A stretch of DNA of 64,000 nt from a virus (IMGVR_UViG_3300031953_000001), one strand, 5' to 3'. Counted from the stretch's first letter, positions 9,541 to 18,654 are shown. A program made the numbers and translations. The notes: generated by a model not told the origin, from the letters alone.

Positions 9541-10550
9541 AGTTCAAAGCCTTTGCACGCCTCCGGACTCAGACTCACGGCCCAATGGATTAAGTGCACG
9601 TTGAGTTTGTCCAGATCCGCCCAGTCCAGGTAATCGGTGTGCTCGTTGCTGGCACGGAGCATGTCGATGAACAGATCGGTGACTTGGTTGTTGCCCATGG
9701 GTACGCTGGTGTTAACGATCTTCAACTTAGCCCGCTCGGCGCTGACTTGAGTTTTCTCAATCGCCTCCGACTGCTCCAGATACAACGCGTAGTCACTCAC
9801 CACCGCCTCGATGGCCGCTGGCTTAAGTCGAGTAATGCCGGCTCTCAACTTAGGGTTGTTGATCATGGTGAGCCTAGGAATCTTCGACAACAAATCAACT
9901 TCTCCTAAGTGGTCTTTTGCCGTGTACCCGTATTTCTCTTGCATGTAATCTGAGAAGAACAGAAGCGTCAGATTGCGTTGAGTCTCATCGAGGGTGTTGA
10001 GTACGCCGCGCAGGGCAAACACTCGGATCGACTCGGCGATGCTGGCGCGTTTGTTCCCAGATAGATGATCCAGTAACTTATACTCCAACGACACCCGCTG
10101 AGTCAGGTCTTGGGTCAATGTTCTTAACTTGTCTTCCCTTGGGGTACGACTCAAGTTCTCGATCCACGTCTTTAAAGTCGTCGGGTCAGGCAAGCCGACG
10201 CCTTGAGCGTGCAGGGTCAGCATCTCCAAGTTAAGGAGTGTCTTTATCTGATCGTCCTGAGCGTTAGGGAAGATGGCTTTCAACCACATAGCCACCAAGG
10301 CCCCATACGTCTCCAAACTGACATAGATCACCAGCTTAGCATCGCCGGCTTCTACAAACTTGGCCAGCAGCTCGACAAACCCCTCGTCGATAAAGGCCGC
10401 CTCATCCTGAGTCTTACCCACCATCACAGGACCCACGCCCAAACGTTCGTCGTAGTTCTCAGCCAGCTGAGCCGACGCCAGATAGAAGGTGTGCTTATCC
10501 GACTTGAGTGAATCTACTTCGAGGTAAACCCGACTGAATAAATGATACAT
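9537..10550 (-). CDS. hypothetical protein in radical SAM cluster
   Basis: 337-aa ORF coupled on both sides (TAATG and ATGA overlaps). Confidence 0.75.
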   Translation of the reverse strand: MYHLFSRVYLEVDSLKSDKHTFYLASAQLAENYDERLGVGPVMVGKTQDEAAFIDEGFVELLAKFVEAGDAKLVIYVSLETYGALVAMWLKAIFPNAQDDQIKTLLNLEMLTLHAQGVGLPDPTTLKTWIENLSRTPREDKLRTLTQDLTQRVSLEYKLLDHLSGNKRASIAESIRVFALRGVLNTLDETQRNLTLLFFSDYMQEKYGYTAKDHLGEVDLLSKIPRLTMINNPKLRAGITRLKPAAIEAVVSDYALYLEQSEAIEKTQVSAERAKLKIVNTSVPMGNNQVTDLFIDMLRASNEHTDYLDWADLDKLNVHLIHWAVSLSPEACKGFEL

Positions 10551-11275
10551 TACGCGTCCTCGATGGCTTCGTGGTTGTGCTTTAAGGTAGACATCAGTCC
10601 GTCAAACTCGGTGTCTGTGACCACCTCGGCGTCGCTGAAGGTCAACGACATCAGGTACACGTCGTTCTCCGGGATTGCCCAGAAGTGAAACAGGTTCTTA
10701 CTTTTGAACATGTAGTCGTTGAAATACTTGGTGTAGTTCTTCACCAACCCCTCGTTAACTGCCCCTAAGGCAATTGGAAACAACGGGTTATCAAACAAAT
10801 GAACAAAGTTAATGCCTTTGGTATCCGACGTGTCGTCTGTGGGATAAACGTCCACCACGCTTTGGAGCTTCTCGTCCTGAAACGTGGTCATCACGTACAG
10901 ACTCATCGAGTCAATCAACGACAGCCACTTGCCCAAGATCTCAAGGTGCTCTTTGATCCACTGATCGGTGACCCAGCTGCACTCGGCAAGTCCTTTGATG
11001 TGCAAGACGACTTCCAACACCAAGGTTTCCAGTTGAGGGCACTTTAACAAGGTCGGCAGATTGAGGTACGCGTCCACCACCTCCAGGACGTCTTCACCCA
11101 AGAACGTAACGTCCACCGGCAACTCCAAGTTGCTCAGATAGATCAACGCTTGTAAGGGCGCTACTTTATCTTTGGAGGCACTCAGGTCCACGTCCAGGAT
11201 CACGTCAGGGTCGCCGATCACGGCTCTGAGGGTGGTTACGGGTATGGGTACGTTGGTTTTAATGACGGTACTCAT
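10550..11275 (-). CDS. hypothetical protein in radical SAM cluster
   Basis: Start moved to ATG 11275 (TGATG overlap with the upstream stop). Confidence 0.75.
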   Translation of the reverse strand: MSTVIKTNVPIPVTTLRAVIGDPDVILDVDLSASKDKVAPLQALIYLSNLELPVDVTFLGEDVLEVVDAYLNLPTLLKCPQLETLVLEVVLHIKGLAECSWVTDQWIKEHLEILGKWLSLIDSMSLYVMTTFQDEKLQSVVDVYPTDDTSDTKGINFVHLFDNPLFPIALGAVNEGLVKNYTKYFNDYMFKSKNLFHFWAIPENDVYLMSLTFSDAEVVTDTEFDGLMSTLKHNHEAIEDA

Positions 11276-11829
11276 CAACGGCGTCCTCGGGAGTTGTGGC
11301 AGTTGCTGTGACATTGCGTATGACACACTTGTCGTGAGAAAGTTCTAAGCGTATTAACTCGGGCGCTCTGAGCGTAGAGGTTGCGCACCCGTTCAATGTA
11401 GTCGTATGTTTGAGACTGATCCACCGGCAATCCGTTGACCAACCCACCGGCGGCAGGACTCGCCAGAGGCACGTAATCGCCCGCCGGTAAATGCGCAATG
11501 GCGATCGCGTTGTAGATCACCGTGGCGGTGTTGTTGGAGTACCCGGACTTACTGCGGGTGATGTAGATTTGGGTACGACGAATCCGTGAGTACACGTTAA
11601 CGTAACTCATAAAGACATCACGTAAGGTTTTGGCGGTTAACTCGTCTGAGGGCACTTGCAGTTGCGCCAACGAGGGCACGCCTAGATCGCCTGAGGTGGT
11701 GCCACCGAACCAACTCACCAGCGAGTTAGCTGGATAGATGTTGGTACCCCAAGAGATACCCGATCGGGTGTATCCAACCACCCGTCCTACGAACTGATTG
11801 TACACGTCTAATGATTTAACGTCAGCCAT
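11275..11829 (-). CDS. protein with C-terminal (CHxx)3-RGRR motif; candidate modification substrate
   Basis: Ends VCHTQCHSNCHNSRGRR; the only three Cys in the protein are in this tail. Confidence 0.8.
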   Translation of the reverse strand: MADVKSLDVYNQFVGRVVGYTRSGISWGTNIYPANSLVSWFGGTTSGDLGVPSLAQLQVPSDELTAKTLRDVFMSYVNVYSRIRRTQIYITRSKSGYSNNTATVIYNAIAIAHLPAGDYVPLASPAAGGLVNGLPVDQSQTYDYIERVRNLYAQSARVNTLRTFSRQVCHTQCHSNCHNSRGRR

Positions 11830-11873
11830 GATCGCTTCCTATTGATTAAATTCCCATACGATCTGACGACCGC

Positions 11874-12923
11874 TTATCCGACGTTGAGTGCCGGAATTAG
11901 TTCAGGCGCGCCGTATTTAAAGTGCGAGAGCAACAACATCAACCCCGGACACGAATCGCCCTGCCACACCAAGCGGTGACAATCGCCTCCACACACGTCC
12001 AACAGATGGCAACTCACGCAGTTGGGGTTGAGGTCCAACTCGGTGGTGATGCGCTCCATCCGTCCTTCACTGACCAGAAACTCATCAATGGGGTCGTTCA
12101 AGGTACCGTTGGATTCTGCCTTAGCCCCGTTGGCACAACCGCCGATGTTGCCAGCTCCATCAATAGTGAACAGATTCTGTTCACAGTCACGACAGTTGGT
12201 GTCTACTTTGAACTGATTGGTTTCAAACTTGGTTTCAATGGCGTCCAAGGTGTTGATGTGGTAGTTGGGCTTTAGTCGCTTGTACGCAAAGTACAGGTCG
12301 TAGTAAAACCGATCCACCGCTCGATTGTCTGGAAACATGTGGGGGTTGTCCACCGCGTTGCCATCGGACGTCAAGCGCTCCACCGCAATCTCCGTTACCC
12401 CAAATTCTCCCCACAAGTGAATCAACTCGTCGATGTCGTACGTCAGTAACTGATCGGTCACCGTGACGAACATCTTGATGGTGATGCCTTGAGCTCGCAG
12501 CATGGTCAAGTTGTTGCGCCACTGCGTGTACATGCGTTCGGTCTTAAACCGATAAACCGGGTCCCAACTGGTGCCCACGTGACTGCTCATCATCGTCTTA
12601 AAGAATTCGACGTGGCGATCGGTTAGCTTGTAGATCAGATTGGTGGTGGCGCCAATGGAGATATCTTCCCAACGTTCGACACTGACCCGCGACCGCACCG
12701 CGTTAGCAAACTGCCAGTGCTCGTCAATCGGGCGTAAGAAAGGCTCACCCCCGTGCAATTCTAGATGTAGATGTTCCTCGGGAAATCGCTGACCTAATTC
12801 ACTGGCCCACTGTGCTACTTTATCGATGTCCCAGACGGTTTTAGCGCCCTTAGACCCGGAGGTGAAACAGTGATCGCAATCGAGGTTGCAGGTGTCCGTG
12901 GGTTTTATGTAAACAACTTTCAT
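11874..12923 (-). CDS. radical SAM/SPASM protein
   Basis: CNLDCDHC, HGGEP, CRDC...GGC, CVSCHLLDVCGGDC...C. Start ATG 12923 (ATGA overlap). Confidence 0.92.
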   Translation of the reverse strand: MKVVYIKPTDTCNLDCDHCFTSGSKGAKTVWDIDKVAQWASELGQRFPEEHLHLELHGGEPFLRPIDEHWQFANAVRSRVSVERWEDISIGATTNLIYKLTDRHVEFFKTMMSSHVGTSWDPVYRFKTERMYTQWRNNLTMLRAQGITIKMFVTVTDQLLTYDIDELIHLWGEFGVTEIAVERLTSDGNAVDNPHMFPDNRAVDRFYYDLYFAYKRLKPNYHINTLDAIETKFETNQFKVDTNCRDCEQNLFTIDGAGNIGGCANGAKAESNGTLNDPIDEFLVSEGRMERITTELDLNPNCVSCHLLDVCGGDCHRLVWQGDSCPGLMLLLSHFKYGAPELIPALNVG

Positions 12924-13402
12924 AACTTCCACCGGTCTTCAATAAAACGTTCATTGCCAAAACTGATCATGATCGACTCCTCGTGATTCAACGCGCGGTG
13001 AGGCACACCGGCGAGAACCCAGACACCGGGGTTGTCTGCGTTTAACGTTACCAGCTCCCCTGCAATCTCAAGGGTCTTAGTGCCCCAGATCCACTTTAAG
13101 TAAATGTCATAGGGGTCTTGATGAAGAGGGAAACTGGGAGCCCCGGCACAGGCCCAAAACAAATGAGCGTTGCAAGGTCCCTCGTGTCCGCTTTCTTCTT
13201 TGATACGACACGTTTCTAAGTAGACCTCTTTAAAGACTTTCTCCAACTCTTCTACCTTTACAGTTTTTAAACTGTCGTCAAACACCTCGGCTGCCGATTG
13301 AGCTGGGCGTATCTGTTGGTCAGCATCAATGCGCGAGACCATACCTTCTTCGTACAAATCGGGTAGGGTGAGCAGCAGCTCAAGTCGGTCTTTAAAGTCC
13401 AT
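12920..13402 (-). CDS. JmjC/cupin-like Fe(II)/2OG hydroxylase
   Basis: SFPLHQDPYD (HxD), GTK, distal PHRA His. Start ATG 13402 with GAGGAG SD. Confidence 0.75.
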   Translation of the reverse strand: MDFKDRLELLLTLPDLYEEGMVSRIDADQQIRPAQSAAEVFDDSLKTVKVEELEKVFKEVYLETCRIKEESGHEGPCNAHLFWACAGAPSFPLHQDPYDIYLKWIWGTKTLEIAGELVTLNADNPGVWVLAGVPHRALNHEESIMISFGNERFIEDRWKL

Positions 13403-13463
13403 CGCGTGTCTCCTCGTTAATCTCATAAGGTGTATGATTAACGTACGGCTTTATATAAAAGGG

Positions 13464-13489
13464 AAAAAAGAGAGGACCGAAGTCCTCTC
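13464..13489 (-). terminator. intrinsic terminator between tail genes and the enzyme cluster
   Basis: GAGAGGAC-TTCG-GTCCTCTC followed by T6 on the minus strand. Confidence 0.85.
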
Positions 13490-13503
13490 GTGTGGGGTGT
13501 GCG

Positions 13504-14961
13504 TTACTGCCACTGAGGCGGCCAAACCTGACGCCAAGTACCGGCCACATACGCTTGCAACGTGCCCGCGGATTCACGCAGCGACAAAGACTCATTGACG
13601 TTCTTCTGAACGTATCTCGCTAGAGTGCCTGTGAGGGTCTCTGTTACATAACTACTGACCAACGCAGGGGTCATGTACCGGTCAGACGCCGTACCCGTAA
13701 GCGCTTCCAGAGAACTGGCTACAGGGAAATTGCTAACCGACCCCAAACCCACTTGCGCCTTAGTGACTTGGTGGGGGTTGCTGGTGTTGCTCACGTGAGC
13801 AGTCAACGGCAGTCCAGCCTGGAACGCAATGGCTTCTTTTACGCGCTGCGGTGTCATGTACCGATCGTTGCGAGTACCTTCCTGAGCATCCAACAAAGAC
13901 CCCAGAGGGTGATTCGCCACCGAACCCAAGCCCACTTGGGTCTTGGTCACCAGATGCGGGTTGTCTTTATTGGCGTCGTGTGCCGCCACCGCGTCTCCAG
14001 CCAACTGATCAATCGCCGCCACCAAACTCGGAGGCGTGATGTACCGATCGGAACGTACCCCTTCAATTGCCTCAGCCGGGGTGGCGTCCAAGTTGTTACT
14101 GAGGTTTCCTAAGCCCACTTGAGCTTTGGTCACCAAATGCGGGTTGTCTGACCGAGCTGTGTGTGCACTCAGATCCACCCCAACCTGACTGGCGATGGCT
14201 TGACGTACCCGATTGGGCGTCATGAACCGAGAGTTGTTCAGACCCTCTTCCGCTTCGAGTTGGGTGGCGTCTCGGTAGTTGGACACCTGAGACAAACCCA
14301 CTTGAGTTTGAGTGACCTGATGTGGGTTGTCGGTGCGGTCGGAGTGAGACTCCAATTGGGTGCGCACTTCTTCAGCCCGGGTCAACGCTAACTGGTATCG
14401 GTCTTCGATCTGTATCCGTATCTCATCGTGCGAGGCCACATCGCCGTACAGAATCGCTTGACGGATCTGATCCAGCTGCTGCACCACGTACTCAAAACCG
14501 TAAATGTCGCCTAAGTCGTGCAGGTGAGGTGAGGGTGGAAACGCGTCTGGCCGTCCCAGCAAATCGCCCCATATGACTTCACGGTCATCGAGGTTCAGGT
14601 TATCAATCAGATCGATAATGACCTGAGTGATGTTGGCGTAGTCGCCTCCCACCACCTGATAGTCAAGAGTGACCTCATCGGATACCGATCCGTCGGTGAC
14701 GATCACCGCCGTGCAAATTTCCTTACCCGAGCGCTCGCTGGGTTCGGCGTAGTACATGATCGGAATGTACTGATCGTTCGGAACCAGCAACGCACCACTG
14801 ATGCCGTCGCGGACCACCAAGGACTCGGTGTAAAAGGCACCGTATCTGGGTACCGCCGCGCGGTTGAGGCCTGGGTGCAACGTGTGCGGTTCCCCAAGAA
14901 GCAAGTTCTCAGGCGAGGTACCCGTTAAGTCTAATGGGTACTTGTTGACGATATCATTCAT
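13504..14961 (-). CDS. virion structural/tail-fibre-type protein with four NPHxVT-QVGL repeats
   Basis: Four ~61-aa repeats NPHxVTKxQVGLGxVxN...xMTP; N-terminus paralogous to 18718-21399. Confidence 0.75.
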   Translation of the reverse strand: MNDIVNKYPLDLTGTSPENLLLGEPHTLHPGLNRAAVPRYGAFYTESLVVRDGISGALLVPNDQYIPIMYYAEPSERSGKEICTAVIVTDGSVSDEVTLDYQVVGGDYANITQVIIDLIDNLNLDDREVIWGDLLGRPDAFPPSPHLHDLGDIYGFEYVVQQLDQIRQAILYGDVASHDEIRIQIEDRYQLALTRAEEVRTQLESHSDRTDNPHQVTQTQVGLSQVSNYRDATQLEAEEGLNNSRFMTPNRVRQAIASQVGVDLSAHTARSDNPHLVTKAQVGLGNLSNNLDATPAEAIEGVRSDRYITPPSLVAAIDQLAGDAVAAHDANKDNPHLVTKTQVGLGSVANHPLGSLLDAQEGTRNDRYMTPQRVKEAIAFQAGLPLTAHVSNTSNPHQVTKAQVGLGSVSNFPVASSLEALTGTASDRYMTPALVSSYVTETLTGTLARYVQKNVNESLSLRESAGTLQAYVAGTWRQVWPPQWQ

Positions 14962-14987
14962 GGTGACAACCCTTTATCGTTCGAGGA

Positions 14988-15425
14988 TCAAGAAGCATTG
15001 GGGTTAAGTACATCGGCGTCTCCCGAATAATCGGCCAAGTACCTTTGCATACGAGCGCTGTATTCAATGCTGCGGCGTTTATTAAAGCGCCGCCACCCGA
15101 AAGCTCGCACCGCCAAATACATTCCTTTAGCGTACCTATAAGGCACGCCTTCTTCCAACATACACTTATAAAACAGCGCATCCGCGACTCGACGGTCCAT
15201 CTCAGTGACGGAGTACAAAAAGTCGTGGAGCAAGGCGGACCAGCGGGCCCACCCTTTAATCAATGCAAAGAGACCTGGGATGTGTGGCACGGTGTCCAGG
15301 TCGCTTACAAACCCTCTCGGGATCACATACCCACAACACGTCCAGTCCTCATTAACCACCCAGTAGTGGCGCTGAGGCAGAGGACTCATTGACGGTAATT
15401 GTAAGTAGTTTTTGACTTCGGACAT
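14988..15425 (-). CDS. DUF1353 family protein
   Basis: IPRGFVSDLDTVP, ALLHDFLY, ADALF, MYLAVRAFGW. Confidence 0.75.
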   Translation of the reverse strand: MSEVKNYLQLPSMSPLPQRHYWVVNEDWTCCGYVIPRGFVSDLDTVPHIPGLFALIKGWARWSALLHDFLYSVTEMDRRVADALFYKCMLEEGVPYRYAKGMYLAVRAFGWRRFNKRRSIEYSARMQRYLADYSGDADVLNPNAS

Positions 15426-15520
15426 ACCCCGTCCCTTCTTACTGTTTGGATAAAGTGTCGGTGTTACTCATAAAGATATCGCCGATCCCAAGTCCGTAGC
15501 TTTAAGCCAAGACATCGACT

Positions 15521-16120
15521 TTACCCGGGTGCTGAGACCAAACGCATATTTTCCAACTCAGCTACGGCCTGGTTGTATACAAGACGTACTTCCTCGTAAG
15601 GCACAAGCATCAGGTCTCGTTTGGCCTTCAATCGAATGCGGCGGATGGAGCTGATGGCCTGGCGATACATGTTGATCGCCGATTTGATGTCGTTGGTGGT
15701 CCACACCAAATCCTTCCCCGTCACTTCTTGCCAAATAGCAACGTCGGGCGGAACGTCGTCGGTGGGTTTGCCTTTCTTTTCCCATTTATCCAATTCGGTT
15801 TCAACTTGAAGGTACTCTATGTCGATGGTGGCAAACCCGACCTCCATGTGGGAGCGACGGATCTGATCGGCCAACAGATCGATTTTCATCTGGAACTCGG
15901 ATCTTTGTGTGGCCCAAACGCCGTTGGTGAGTTCGGCTTTCCATCCCCCTCGGGCTTTGATCTTAACCAACTCCACTTCTTCCGGAACCAACTCAACCAT
16001 GTCCACATCGAGGCTCTCAACCGCCGAGTAAGCGATCTCGACGCCGTCGCCGTTTCTCACCACCAAAGTCACGTTGCCGCGATAGTCTTTTGCGTCCTGC
16101 ATTGGGTATTTAACAAACAC
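15521..16120 (-). CDS. hypothetical protein, possible tail-fibre assembly protein
   Basis: 199-aa ORF among fibre genes; helical C-terminus. Confidence 0.55.
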   Translation of the reverse strand: MFVKYPMQDAKDYRGNVTLVVRNGDGVEIAYSAVESLDVDMVELVPEEVELVKIKARGGWKAELTNGVWATQRSEFQMKIDLLADQIRRSHMEVGFATIDIEYLQVETELDKWEKKGKPTDDVPPDVAIWQEVTGKDLVWTTNDIKSAINMYRQAISSIRRIRLKAKRDLMLVPYEEVRLVYNQAVAELENMRLVSAPG

Positions 16121-16130
16121 AATCGATACC

Positions 16131-16619
16131 TCACGGTTGAGTAGGTTTCAAGTATTTTAAAGCCACTATGCCGTAGTAGTCGGATCGATCCGATTGCGTG
16201 TGCATAATGATCTCGGTGTTAGATAAGTAGATCGCTACTTGACTGCCGACTATTTTCCCGCCTTGGAAGTCAAGTTCGCTGGTGTGGGGCAATGACCCTG
16301 TATCGCCGTTGGTGGGGTTGTAAAAGAATGAGTTACCGCTGTCGATCCAACGTTCCCCCACGGTGCCCCAATGATTTAAAATGGTCTGACCGAGCAAATA
16401 CACTTTGGTACTTTGATTGGGCAGAACGCCAAAGTTAACAACGACTGCCCAAACATCGTTTCCATCGATGCTATGTCCTGTAAAAAAAGGAACGTTGTAA
16501 TCGATAGAATTGGCACTTAACAGATCGGCGGAGGTGAGGAAGTTTTGCTTCAAACCGCTTGTAAAACTTTGAATGCTGGTTTGTAATGCGGTGAGTTCAT
16601 TAAGGTACGGACTTGCCAT
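16131..16619 (-). CDS. hypothetical (probable virion) protein
   Basis: 162-aa ORF, GGAGG SD, located among tail genes. Confidence 0.6.
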   Translation of the reverse strand: MASPYLNELTALQTSIQSFTSGLKQNFLTSADLLSANSIDYNVPFFTGHSIDGNDVWAVVVNFGVLPNQSTKVYLLGQTILNHWGTVGERWIDSGNSFFYNPTNGDTGSLPHTSELDFQGGKIVGSQVAIYLSNTEIIMHTQSDRSDYYGIVALKYLKPTQP

Positions 16620-16698
16620 GGTTGCCTCCCTTGGCCGAATAAGGGAGGGGATTCCCCTCCCTTACGGTCTTATGGTCCCATAGGACCGGTTACATCAC

Positions 16699-17853
16699 TT
16701 AGGCAGCGTTCAGGCTGGCCAATGCGTCGTTAAACGCAGTTTCCAGAGACGTCAGCGCCAAAGCAGTGTCGGCTTCCATTACATCACGGACGCCTTTAAC
16801 ACCAGCTGGTGTCACGAACAGGTTGGTTGCAGTGCCAGTAACGGTTTCAGCAACAGTCGCGCTGGCAAAGTTATCAACCAGATCCAGACCAACGTCTGAT
16901 TTGGTCAGTGCCGCTACAGCCGCGTCGATGTCGGCTTGAGTTGCCTTGGCATCGATGTTGGACTGAAGGCCTTGAGCCACAGCGTCGGTGTGTGCTTTAA
17001 CCAGAGCAGGCGTTACGTACTTGTCGGTAACCAGACCGGCAACCGCTTCAGGAGCTGTTGCAATGCCGAAGTTCTCAACCAGACCCAGACCGATGTCTGC
17101 TTTTGTCAATGCCGCGATGCTGGCATCGATGTCCGCTTGATCGGCTTTAGCGGCGATCATGTTGGTCAGGTTGTCGATGATGTCTGGGTTGTTTTCCAGA
17201 GCAGCGGCCAGTTCAGCGATGGTGTCCAGAGTGCCTGGAGCGCCGCCGACTTTCTGTGCCCAGAATACGTCCAGTACGTTCCACAGTACGGTCGGGGTCA
17301 AGAAACGGTCGGTAGTAACCGCACGGATACTAACGATGTCGTTCAGCAGCGCGCCGTTCACCAGAGTGATGGTGTCGTTCGGTACGTCTACGGTGTAGTC
17401 AGACTCAGCAACGCGGTTGCCGTTGATTTCAACGTAAACCACCGCAGTGTCTTGCAGCTCAAGTACGGCAGTCGCATCGTCAGCACCGGTAAACACGGTT
17501 TGATCAGCGGTGGCGGTGTACGTAAAGCCGGCACCCGAAGCTTCCACATCGGAGGCGGTGGCAAAGTTATCAACCAGACCCAGACCGATTTGCTCAGCGG
17601 TAACCATATGCGGGTTATCGCGACGGGCAATGAAATCATCCAGTGACGTTTGAACGTCTTGAATGGTCAGGCCAGTAGTACCAGCGATCAGCTCAACCAC
17701 TTCGTTCAGCGTTAGGCCTTCAAGTTTACCGGAGTTCTCTGCGTACGTAGCGCTGTCGGCATTCGCAGCGGTGGCATCCAGTTTGGTTTTCAGTTCAGCA
17801 GCAAATGCTAGGATCGCATTACGTACTGCAGTGTTTTGAGTATCGTACGACAT
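16699..17853 (-). CDS. virion structural/fibre protein with QVGL repeats and an inserted beta domain
   Basis: NPHMVTAEQIGLG, TKADIGLGLVENF, TKSDVGLDLVDNF; APGTLDTIAELAAAL motif typical of phage fibres. Confidence 0.75.
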   Translation of the reverse strand: MSYDTQNTAVRNAILAFAAELKTKLDATAANADSATYAENSGKLEGLTLNEVVELIAGTTGLTIQDVQTSLDDFIARRDNPHMVTAEQIGLGLVDNFATASDVEASGAGFTYTATADQTVFTGADDATAVLELQDTAVVYVEINGNRVAESDYTVDVPNDTITLVNGALLNDIVSIRAVTTDRFLTPTVLWNVLDVFWAQKVGGAPGTLDTIAELAAALENNPDIIDNLTNMIAAKADQADIDASIAALTKADIGLGLVENFGIATAPEAVAGLVTDKYVTPALVKAHTDAVAQGLQSNIDAKATQADIDAAVAALTKSDVGLDLVDNFASATVAETVTGTATNLFVTPAGVKGVRDVMEADTALALTSLETAFNDALASLNAA

Positions 17854-17976
17854 AGAGGATCATCCTTCAATTGGTTAACGTAGAAGTTACTACTTACGAA
17901 GCGCTTCGATGCGATGTTGATGGTGAAGTCTTGATTTTCACTTCTCCATACCATCGGTAATAAATTACAGCAATTA

Positions 17977-18654
17977 TTACTTAGTCAAAGAGGCGATGAC
18001 GTGGGCCTGTACTTCGAGCTGACTAAAATGCTCAACCGCAGACGATATCAAAGCAGAACCTGAGGTGTAGTTGTGGTCACAACTGATGTACCGATCTTGA
18101 TAATCCAAGTCGTGTTCAGAGATACCCCGGTTGTCAGTGATCTCACCTTGATACCGAACCGCCGCCCGACGTTCGCTATGATTACCGCTGGCGTCCACCT
18201 CAATGTGTCTAAGGTGATGGACCTTACTCACTTGAAGCAGCGTGGTCTCATTCATTATGTATCGGCGGGTAGCGGTGTTCTCACGCATCAATCGAGAAAA
18301 GCTCAACTCACGCCCAACCCCAGACTCACCTTTCAACACAGACGCATAGAAATGCCGCCGAATCTGATTCATGAGATCGTCGATATCGATCTTAAGTGTG
18401 CCGATCAGATAACTGAATGATCGAGCTCCACTGTAAGGCGATTGATAGTCCTTGGCTTCAGCCCAGGCCTCAGACGTTTGCGGTTGCACAATGCCTTCGA
18501 TGAATTGCATTTGATACGTCACGACCCTATACCGCACCGGCGGTGGGGCAGAATAGATTCGAACGTTGACCGGTTTACAGAACGCCTGCGTGGCGGTTGA
18601 TCGACGGGCATTAAAGCCAGAGCATAAGAATGCCCCCGACATGCTATCGCTCAT
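17977..18654 (-). CDS. hypothetical protein
   Basis: Start moved to ATG 18654 (AGGAG SD). Confidence 0.6.
   Translation of the reverse strand: MSDSMSGAFLCSGFNARRSTATQAFCKPVNVRIYSAPPPVRYRVVTYQMQFIEGIVQPQTSEAWAEAKDYQSPYSGARSFSYLIGTLKIDIDDLMNQIRRHFYASVLKGESGVGRELSFSRLMRENTATRRYIMNETTLLQVSKVHHLRHIEVDASGNHSERRAAVRYQGEITDNRGISEHDLDYQDRYISCDHNYTSGSALISSAVEHFSQLEVQAHVIASLTK

Noticed and set aside
4289-12923. Radical SAM genes as NrdG, QueE or MoaA housekeeping enzymes
   Set aside because: No NrdD, Que or Moa partners in the window; sizes and C-terminal Cys clusters fit SPASM/twitch-type proteins.
1-13402. Acyl carrier protein or acyltransferase for the ketosynthase
   Set aside because: No small acidic ORF with a DSL-type motif was found. 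It may lie left of the window, or host ACP may be used.
1-13402. Cluster as host chromosomal DNA or contamination
   Set aside because: It is contiguous and co-oriented with phage tail genes, has similar composition and SD style, and shows no integrase or att boundary.
16674-16687. GGTCC-TATG-GGACC hairpin as an N4-type hairpin promoter
   Set aside because: Single instance; the other TATG sites lack such stems.
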